64,000 nt of DNA. Origin: Candidatus Woesearchaeota archaeon (GTDB lineage Archaea; Nanobdellota; Nanobdellia; SCGC-AAA011-G17; JACPNG01). The first letter of the stretch is position 1, and each line of letters opens with the position of its first letter. Under the pieces are notes generated by a model, which made no database searches, was not told the origin of the DNA, and was given only the letters and a program-made list of their open reading frames with translations. A program made the position numbers and the translations under genes. Below, piece after piece: positions 57,031-64,000 of this stretch. Location: assembly GCA_016185615.1 (NCBI GenBank), contig JACPNE010000008.1:39632-103631 (forward strand). The letters run 5' to 3'.

Positions 57031-57299
57031 GTAGGCACATCCAGAGATCGATATAAACTAAAACTATTAGCTACCTTGATCCTTTCTCAACCCCGCTACC
57101 CTATAAGCGCCGATATATTTGCTTAGTGCTGCTTTATTCCTAACCTGACACGGTTCACAAATACATCAACCAAATAGGACAGAGTCTCAACGTCCAGACC
57201 AAGACTAATAACCTTAGCAATACCTTTCCCTGGATTTCGGTCCCACCATGAAGCCGATTTGTGGTTACAAGTAACGGCTAACTACCCGACCTAGCCTAC
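57031..57299 (-). ncRNA. ffs: Archaeal SRP RNA (7S)
   Basis: Helix 8 GAACCGTGTCAGGTTAGGAATAAAGCAGCACTAAGC; Alu-like GGCTAGGTCGGGTAGTTAGCCGTTACTTGTAACC; terminal GTAGGC/GCCTAC helix; T tract after the 3' end. Confidence 0.92.
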
Positions 57300-57363
57300 A
57301 ATATTATCTCTAATCCAAGTTTTTTAATACTTTTGGTTATTAATCAATTACTTAGAAGATAGA

Positions 57364-59394
57364 TTATTCCATTAAAGAATTTTTAATTATATCATAAACT
57401 TTGGGGTATCTGTCTATATCTAACATTTTTACATGTAATGTCTCTAAACCTCGGCAATTTCCATCAATGAAAAAATTCTTAGCATTCTCTAATTCTGCAT
57501 TTTCTGATAAAACCACCCCATCTCCATCCTCTCCATCCATCAAGCATCCTGTTCCAATAATATTATATGTATCTATCTCTGGAGTTTCTCTTGTATTAAG
57601 CTTATTTATAAATAAGCTGTTTGAACTCATATCTCTGCATTCAAGCTCTCCGCCTATTAATGAGCAATAATCTGCAGCATCCCCAGTTATTCCTTTATTT
57701 GGAGAACCAATCATTATTAGTTTGTCAACATTATCAGAACCAAATAATTGTAGATATCTTCTTACAACTAATCCTCCCATGCTATGTGTTATAATATTGA
57801 CTTTTGGCTTTCCAGTTTTAATTTTTATATTATCTATTATCTCTCTTAATCTTATAGAGTAAGTCTCAATATTTTCACTCTTTACTTGGACTACAACATA
57901 ATTTTCCGGCTCCTTAAAAACATCAAGATAGTAACTTGCTTTAATGCTTACTGGGGCTCTTATTAAACCCCATGCTCCTGGCTTGGTGTCATCTATATTA
58001 TATAATGAAATTGAGCCAGCATTTATATAACCATCATTAGCTAATCTTTTTTGTATTTTGTTGAAAGCATCCAAGCTATAATCAGCAGCCAAATCTTGGT
58101 TAATTGCATGTCCATGAATAAATACAACAGGAAAATATAATTCATTATTTATACACTCTTCAGTAATACAGCAGCTTTCACAATTATTATAAGCACAGCA
58201 CAATGGTAAAGGCTCTTCTAATTTAGCATCAATTGTTTTATTAGATAAATCTACTAATATTTTGCTTAGGTTAAATTCCTCTACATTAATAAAGCTGGAA
58301 TTAAACTGATTATTAGTTTGATTCTCAAGCTCCTTATTAAATCTATTAAAAATTATTTGTGATTCTTCTGACAAATTGTTAACGATTGGGTTTATCTCTG
58401 TTATGCTTGTTTCATTATTGATTATTCTAGAGGCAATATTAAAATTATTTATAATATAATTCAAATCTGAAGCTTGTGTCTCATTTAATGATTGTAAATT
58501 GATATAATGATTTATATTATTTCTTACATCAACTAAATTCTCAATAATATTGTTATAAGAGATAACTACATCTGATAAGTATAAAAATATATTAAATGAT
58601 TCATCATCAGCTGCATTTGTATTGTTATTTATCTCATCAAATTCCTCTTTAGATATTTGATAATTGTTATCATTCATTACATTTTGTAAATTTATTATTT
58701 TAGACTCAGAATCTAAAATTAATTGTTTAATTTTAGTAATATTTTCTATATTCTCAATCAAAATCCTATTTTCTAATTCATCCCTCAAATTTTCCATATA
58801 TTCAACTCTTGAGACTATATCTTCTAATTTCGTTTTTGTAAGATTAAAATTTCCTAGAATATACTCTTCTATCTCTTTCTCATCTTGGCTTAAAGAGTAG
58901 TCTACAGTTACAAGAACGTCTCTTGAGGTTAATCCTTCCTCATCTGTATGGCAAAATATTGTATTTACACCCCTGCATTCAATGCTATAAAGATATAATT
59001 TCTGTCCCCTTCCAAATTTATCTATCTGTATCTCAAATTCCTCCAATAAAGGATTTGTTGGAGTTAATGTAAAATTATGATTACTTAGAATTAAACCACT
59101 GCTTATATCAATAAATTTTGATTCGCATAACGCGCTGCAAAAAGGATTTGTTGTTACACTAGATTCAAAGGTTATGTTTTCTTTTTGCCCTTTCTCCAGA
59201 AAAATATTTTCTTTGCTGGATTCAAGCTTTATTATTATATCATTTCCCAGGATAAAATTAACATATAAAAAGATCTTAGCCCCGAAAAGCATTAATAGTA
59301 TTACAACTACAGCTATTATTGAGATGAATAATGTTCTATTTTCTTTTATCCATAAAAAGAATCTTTCTTTCAATCCCTTAATCTTGGATGTCAT
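57364..59394 (-). CDS. Membrane-anchored extracellular alpha/beta-hydrolase (lipase-like) on a helical stalk
   Basis: N-terminal TM; PVVFIHGH, ITHSMGGLV, IGSPNKG, DGDGVV, LH catalytic pattern; Cys cluster. Confidence 0.85.
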   Translation of the reverse strand: MTSKIKGLKERFFLWIKENRTLFISIIAVVVILLMLFGAKIFLYVNFILGNDIIIKLESSKENIFLEKGQKENITFESSVTTNPFCSALCESKFIDISSGLILSNHNFTLTPTNPLLEEFEIQIDKFGRGQKLYLYSIECRGVNTIFCHTDEEGLTSRDVLVTVDYSLSQDEKEIEEYILGNFNLTKTKLEDIVSRVEYMENLRDELENRILIENIENITKIKQLILDSESKIINLQNVMNDNNYQISKEEFDEINNNTNAADDESFNIFLYLSDVVISYNNIIENLVDVRNNINHYINLQSLNETQASDLNYIINNFNIASRIINNETSITEINPIVNNLSEESQIIFNRFNKELENQTNNQFNSSFINVEEFNLSKILVDLSNKTIDAKLEEPLPLCCAYNNCESCCITEECINNELYFPVVFIHGHAINQDLAADYSLDAFNKIQKRLANDGYINAGSISLYNIDDTKPGAWGLIRAPVSIKASYYLDVFKEPENYVVVQVKSENIETYSIRLREIIDNIKIKTGKPKVNIITHSMGGLVVRRYLQLFGSDNVDKLIMIGSPNKGITGDAADYCSLIGGELECRDMSSNSLFINKLNTRETPEIDTYNIIGTGCLMDGEDGDGVVLSENAELENAKNFFIDGNCRGLETLHVKMLDIDRYPKVYDIIKNSLME

Positions 59395-59471
59395 AAATAT
59401 TTTTATAGCATTTTATATATTTAAAGTCTATCAAGAATTAAATTTATAAATAATGATTATAAAATAAAATT

Positions 59472-59873
59472 ATGAACGAGTATATTATAATAATATTATC
59501 ATTAATCGGATTTTCACTGTCTTTTTATATATGGTACAATAAAGTCAACAATAAAAAATTGTCATGTATAATAGGCCAGGACTGCAATAAAGTAGTGAGA
59601 AGTAAGTATTCAACTACATTTGGGATTGAAAATGAGATTATAGGAATGATTTATTATGCCTTATTGATAATAATCTCAATAATGATGTTAAGAAGCCCAT
59701 TCTTCTCAACATTAAATGTTGTAAATCATGGTATATTGATTATAGCTGGAATCTCAGCCTTTTCCTCAGTTTATTTAACCTTTGTACAAATATTCAAATT
59801 GAAGGAGTTTTGTGAATATTGTTTGGCCGCTAATCTGATAAACTGGATAATTTTTATTATAGTTTTGTTCTAA
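59472..59873 (+). CDS. Vitamin K epoxide reductase family (VKOR) protein
   Basis: C-IIGQD-CNKVVRSKYS, FGIENEIIG, FCEYCL. Confidence 0.93.
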   Translation: MNEYIIIILSLIGFSLSFYIWYNKVNNKKLSCIIGQDCNKVVRSKYSTTFGIENEIIGMIYYALLIIISIMMLRSPFFSTLNVVNHGILIIAGISAFSSVYLTFVQIFKLKEFCEYCLAANLINWIIFIIVLF

Positions 59874-59911
59874 GTAAGATTTAAAAGCCAAAAATAATGA
59901 ATTATTGATAT

Positions 59912-59995
59912 GTGGGAGTGCCGGAGTGGCCAAACGGGGTAGCCTCAAGAGCTACTGGCTTAGTGCCTACGCAGGTTCGAGTCCTGTCTCCCACA
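59912..59995 (+). tRNA. tRNA-Leu(CAA)
   Basis: GTGGGAG/CTCCCAC acceptor, GTAGC-CTCAAGA-GCTAC anticodon arm, long variable arm, GTTCGAGTC T loop; CCA not encoded. Confidence 0.96.
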
Positions 59996-60000
59996 CTAAA

Positions 60001-60519
60001 ATGTCAAAACTAGAAAGAATGATTGGTAATGTATTAATGGGATTTGGATTATTGTTTAATTCGCAGACTGCTCAAGCCATAGATAAAATTGAAACAAGGG
60101 GATTTATAGTTATAAAGGATCTAAGAACCGAAAAATCAGATTTATATTTTGATTATATAAAAGCAAGACTGAATCATCTAAGATTTCTAAAAGTAATTGA
60201 TAATAGCAAATTAGATAATGACAGTAAGATTAAGATTAAAAATACCATATTAAAAAGTTATGAAGACATTCTGGAGAAGGACCAAAAATCATCACATCTT
60301 TTGAGTGAAGTTGGGATAGTATTAATGGATTTTGATGATTATGAAAAAGCAGAAAGTTATTTAACAAATGCTTTAGAATTAAATTCCATGAATAGAGCAG
60401 CATATGAAAACTTAAAACAATTGTATCATATAACAAAACAGCCAGATAAGATAGAAGCATTAGAAGCAGGATATGGCTATAGATTTATTAAAGATGAAAA
60501 AAATATTAATAAGAAATGA
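60001..60519 (+). CDS. TPR-repeat protein
   Basis: VGIVLMDFDDYEKAESYLTNALELNSMNRAAYENLKQLY; ATG 5 nt after tRNA-Leu. Confidence 0.75.
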   Translation: MSKLERMIGNVLMGFGLLFNSQTAQAIDKIETRGFIVIKDLRTEKSDLYFDYIKARLNHLRFLKVIDNSKLDNDSKIKIKNTILKSYEDILEKDQKSSHLLSEVGIVLMDFDDYEKAESYLTNALELNSMNRAAYENLKQLYHITKQPDKIEALEAGYGYRFIKDEKNINKK

Positions 60520-61204
60520 TAAAAAGTATTACTGGAATGAGGGAGATCTTCATACAGAATCTGGAGTAATAAAAGAAGAAGATTTGAAGAAAGCAGTAAA
60601 AACAGTAAAAGCTCACTCTGGAAAGGAATTATTCGTTGCTCCAGCTCTGTTTATAGACAAGATTGAGAAGATAAAGAGAGACCCTCAAGCAATGATGGAA
60701 AAGGACATAGCAGTAATATTGACTTATACTTCAATAGATAAAGATTCTATTGTATTGGAAGCTGGAACTGGATCTGGAAAATTAACTTCTTTTTTGGCTA
60801 GAAATGTAAAAAAAGTTTATAGTTATGAGAAAAATAACGATAATATAAACTTAGCAAGGAAAAATTTAGAATTCCTAAATATAAACAATGTAGAAATAAA
60901 AAATAAGGATATATATGAAGGAATAGATGAAGAAGAACTTGATTTGATTGTTTTGGATTTGCCAATGCCTTGGAAAGCAGCAAAATATTGTTATGATTCA
61001 TTAAAACAAGGAGCATTTCTAGTTTCTTATCTTCCAAGCATTACCCAAGTAGTTGAATTTATGGATGAGATAAGGAGATATGATTTTTTAGTAATTAAAA
61101 CTGTTGAATTAATTGAAAGAGAATGGATTGTAGAGGGACAAAGAACAAGACCGAAATCTTCTTTACAGCATACTGCCTTTTTGACTTTTGTTAGAAAGCT
61201 TTAA
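60494..61204 (+). CDS. trmI: tRNA (adenine-N1)-methyltransferase, TrmI/Gcd14 family
   Basis: PQAMMEKDIAVI, VLEAGTGSGKLT, LDLPMPW, YLPSITQV, RTRP...HTAFLTF. Confidence 0.93.
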   Translation: MKKILIRNDKKYYWNEGDLHTESGVIKEEDLKKAVKTVKAHSGKELFVAPALFIDKIEKIKRDPQAMMEKDIAVILTYTSIDKDSIVLEAGTGSGKLTSFLARNVKKVYSYEKNNDNINLARKNLEFLNINNVEIKNKDIYEGIDEEELDLIVLDLPMPWKAAKYCYDSLKQGAFLVSYLPSITQVVEFMDEIRRYDFLVIKTVELIEREWIVEGQRTRPKSSLQHTAFLTFVRKL

Positions 61205-61303
61205 AAACTAGAATTTTCAATGTACCAGATAACAAGCTGTCTATTTCTATGTTATCCAGTACAATATAGATAAAGGAATGTAATTTAAAAAACTTTCGAA
61301 AAA

Positions 61304-63103
61304 ATGGAAGATTCATACGTAACTGACACAAGTGTAATAATAGAAAAAGCTGTTTCAAAGCTTATAAAAGAAAATGAGATAAATGGAAGAATAATAATTC
61401 CAAGAGCCGTAATAGCTGAATTGGAACATCAAGCCAATCTTGGAAAAGAGATTGGTTATTTGGGATTAGAGGAGATACAAGAATTACAAAAGCTAAAGAA
61501 AGAATCTAAGATTGAACTGGAATTCCTAGGACAAAGACCTACTCCAATACAGATAAAATACGCTAAATTGGGTGGAGAGGTTGATGCATTAATAAGGGAT
61601 ATAGCCTATAATGAAGGAGCCATGTTGATAACAGCAGATAGAATACAATCAGAAACAGCAAAAGCTCTTGGTTTAGAAGTAAAATTTATAGAATTAAAGA
61701 TTGACTATAAAAAAATTGGATTGGAAAAGTTCTTTGATAATGAAACAATGAGTGTACATCTAAAGGAAGATTGTATTCCAAAAGCAAAGAAAGGCAAGCC
61801 AGGAGACTGGTCTTTAGTAGAGGTAGGAGACAAAAAATTAACCCAGAAAGAGATATCAGATTTAGCAAAAGAAGCAGTAGAAAAATCAAATATAGATCCT
61901 AAATCCTTTGTTGAGATATCAAGAAAAGGCTCTACAATTGTCCAATATAAAAATCTAAGAATTGTAATTACAAAACCCCCAGTTTCAGACGGCTGGGAGA
62001 TAACAGTTGTAAAGCCCTTAAAACATCTTAACTTAGAGGATTATAATCTCCCTAAAGAAATTTATGAAAGGATAAAAACAAAAGCTCGAGGAATTATAAT
62101 AGCTGGAGAGACTGGCTCAGGAAAAAGTACAATATCTCAAGCAATCGCTGAATCATATGCCAAAGACGGAAAGATAACAAAAACAGTTGAGTCTCCAAGA
62201 GATTTACAATTAAGTGATGAGATAACGCAATATAGCAAAAACTTCACAACCCCAGAAGAGATTCATGACATATTATTTTTATCAAGGCCAGACAATTTGA
62301 TATTTGATGAGATAAGAGATACTCCTGATTTTAAATTGTATATTGATTTGAGATTAGCTGGAAGTAATTGTCTTGGGGTATTACATGGGGCTTCCCCAAT
62401 AGATGCAGTCCAGAGATTCATCTCAAGAATAGATACTGGGATGATTCCATCTGTGTTAGATACAGTAATGTTTATTGAGAAAGGTGCTGTTGCTAAAGTA
62501 TTGACATTAGCAATGGTAGTTAAAGTGCCTACTGGAATGCAGGAAGCAGATTTATCAAGACCAATAGTTGAGGTTAAAGACTTTTTAACAAACAAGTTAG
62601 AATATGAAATTTATAGTTATGGAGAACAAACAGTAGTGGTTCCGATAGGCCCATCAAAAGAGTCTCCTGTAAAAAAATTAGCAAAGAAAAAGATTGAAGA
62701 GGAATTCAGGAGATATTCAGATAATTTTAAAGTTGAGGTAGTCTCAGAACAGAGCGCTAATGTTTATGTTCCAGAACATGAAATAGCAAAAATAATCGGA
62801 AAGCAGGGACAGACAATAGATGCAATTGAATCAAAGATAGGAATACATCTAGATATTAAAGAGTTAGAAGAGGAGAAATCAAAAGAAGAATCTATGAGTT
62901 ATGATATAAAAGACACAGGAAAATACATTCTCTTTTTTATAAGTGAAGAAGATAAAGAAGTTGATGTTCTTATTAATAATCAATTCTTGATAAGTGCAAA
63001 ATCATCAAAAAAGGGAGAGATAAAGATCAAGAAAAAAAGTAAATTAGGGCAAGCTTTATTCAAGGCATTAAACTCAAAACAAAGAATAGAATTGAAAGGT
63101 TAA
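61304..63103 (+). CDS. PINA-type PIN/ATPase/KH protein
   Basis: YVTDTSVII PIN, AGETGSGKST, TVESPRDLQL, FDEIRD, IIGKQGQTI KH. Confidence 0.93.
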   Translation: MEDSYVTDTSVIIEKAVSKLIKENEINGRIIIPRAVIAELEHQANLGKEIGYLGLEEIQELQKLKKESKIELEFLGQRPTPIQIKYAKLGGEVDALIRDIAYNEGAMLITADRIQSETAKALGLEVKFIELKIDYKKIGLEKFFDNETMSVHLKEDCIPKAKKGKPGDWSLVEVGDKKLTQKEISDLAKEAVEKSNIDPKSFVEISRKGSTIVQYKNLRIVITKPPVSDGWEITVVKPLKHLNLEDYNLPKEIYERIKTKARGIIIAGETGSGKSTISQAIAESYAKDGKITKTVESPRDLQLSDEITQYSKNFTTPEEIHDILFLSRPDNLIFDEIRDTPDFKLYIDLRLAGSNCLGVLHGASPIDAVQRFISRIDTGMIPSVLDTVMFIEKGAVAKVLTLAMVVKVPTGMQEADLSRPIVEVKDFLTNKLEYEIYSYGEQTVVVPIGPSKESPVKKLAKKKIEEEFRRYSDNFKVEVVSEQSANVYVPEHEIAKIIGKQGQTIDAIESKIGIHLDIKELEEEKSKEESMSYDIKDTGKYILFFISEEDKEVDVLINNQFLISAKSSKKGEIKIKKKSKLGQALFKALNSKQRIELKG

Positions 63104-64000
63104 TACCTAGCAGCATCTGTCTTTGGATGTTCATGACCAATATCTTTTCTTTCTTTTAAGTGTCTCATTTGTTTCTTTTTCTCTTCAATGAATTTATTCA
63201 AATTTAGTCCATGTTTATCTATTATTGTTGAGATATACCTTCCACCAAGGAAGTGGGGCATTAATACATAAGTAGCCCCCTTATTATACAAAATATTAGC
63301 TTCATCTATATCATGTGAAACTACAATTATGATTGCTCTTTTATTCACTTTTCTTATCTTTGATATCAATAATAAGTTAGTTTCTGCATGTGGTATTGTA
63401 GAAACAGCCATTCTTATGCTACTCAAATTTAATTCATCCAAAAATTCTGAATCATCAGCATCACCATACTTACAATCAACTTTCATATTGATCAATTTTG
63501 AGATAGTATCTGGATTAAAATCAACAACTAAAAATCTCTTTTTCAATCTTTGAAAAGTCTTGACAAAATCATATCCTATCCTATTATACCCGAATAAAAT
63601 CATATCATATTTTTTGCCAATTTTCTTTTCTTTCTTTAGAGATTTTCTCTCAAATAATGATAAGTATCTAGATAAATAAGGATAAATCTTCTCAGAATAG
63701 ATTATAAGATAAGTAGAGCCAGCTATAGTCACTAATCCTACAATCGTAACTAATGTCAGTATTTCTGGACTTAAATGTCCGACTTTTACACCCAAGGCTA
63801 TTAATATAAGAGAAAATTCGCTTATCTGTGCTACAGTCAATCCAACTAAAAATCCAATTCTTTTGCTATAACCAAATAATCCCATTAAGATTATAACAAT
63901 CAATGGATTTCCTATAAGGATAAATAAAGAGAAGATTAAAGCAGGATAAATAAGATTGTTTATAGAGCCAAAGGCCATTTGAGAGCCTAAAAATATAAAG
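63100..64000 (-). CDS. Kef-type cation/H+ antiporter with TrkA-N domain, 3' part (runs off window end)
   Basis: AQISEFSLIL, TM helices, ILFGYNRIG, VVDFNP, YGDADD. Confidence 0.92.
   Translation of the reverse strand, partial: FIFLGSQMAFGSINNLIYPALIFSLFILIGNPLIVIILMGLFGYSKRIGFLVGLTVAQISEFSLILIALGVKVGHLSPEILTLVTIVGLVTIAGSTYLIIYSEKIYPYLSRYLSLFERKSLKKEKKIGKKYDMILFGYNRIGYDFVKTFQRLKKRFLVVDFNPDTISKLINMKVDCKYGDADDSEFLDELNLSSIRMAVSTIPHAETNLLLISKIRKVNKRAIIIVVSHDIDEANILYNKGATYVLMPHFLGGRYISTIIDKHGLNLNKFIEEKKKQMRHLKERKDIGHEHPKTDAARY

Noticed and set aside
57031-57299. RNase P RNA or novel long ncRNA
   Set aside because: Helix-8 and Alu motifs identify SRP RNA; no GAGGAAAGUCC P4 motif
59905-60000. N-terminal extension of the 204-aa ORF
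   Set aside because: It is the tRNA-Leu gene; the protein most likely starts at ATG 60001
2783-63553. Many Ser/Phe/Ile/Leu-rich ORFs opposite long genes (e.g. 2783-3247, 9715-10521, 13200-13784, 15339-15986, 38210-38551)
   Set aside because: Reverse-complement shadows of Lys/Glu-rich genes, with no independent motifs

Overview
AT-rich, gene-dense chromosome segment of a reduced-genome DPANN archaeon. The gene set (aIF2-gamma, aIF5B, S6e, L7Ae-S28e-L24e-ndk, archaeal GluRS, DnaG, PINA, Mre11-Rad50, TATA-led and often leaderless genes) plus bacterial-type grpE/dnaK and lspA points to Woesearchaeales/Pacearchaeales; the taxon is an inference. RNA genes: intron-containing tRNA-Tyr, tRNA-Leu(CAA) and SRP RNA. 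There is a defence/toxin-antitoxin island at about 21.3-30.5 kb. Best leads: (1) a tRNA-Tyr that appears to carry two introns, one splitting the anticodon and depending on the second for its BHB helix; (2) a free-standing LAGLIDADG endonuclease coupled inside the grpE-dnaK operon; (3) an uncharacterised 45.3-53.5 kb module: lspA, three tandem paralogues, a 508-aa protein, an XRE/sigma70-region-4 fusion, a TIM-barrel metalloenzyme with a coiled-coil insert and an MNT-HEPN fusion; (4) strongly structured intergenic RNA candidates at 39992-40072 and upstream of dnaG; (5) a DGR-type variable protein with no RT or TR in the window; (6) unannotated small ORFs, including a 26-aa basic peptide with leader and terminator, an RHH controller of a methyltransferase and a convergent antitoxin. 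All assignments come from reading motifs by eye; no database search was run.
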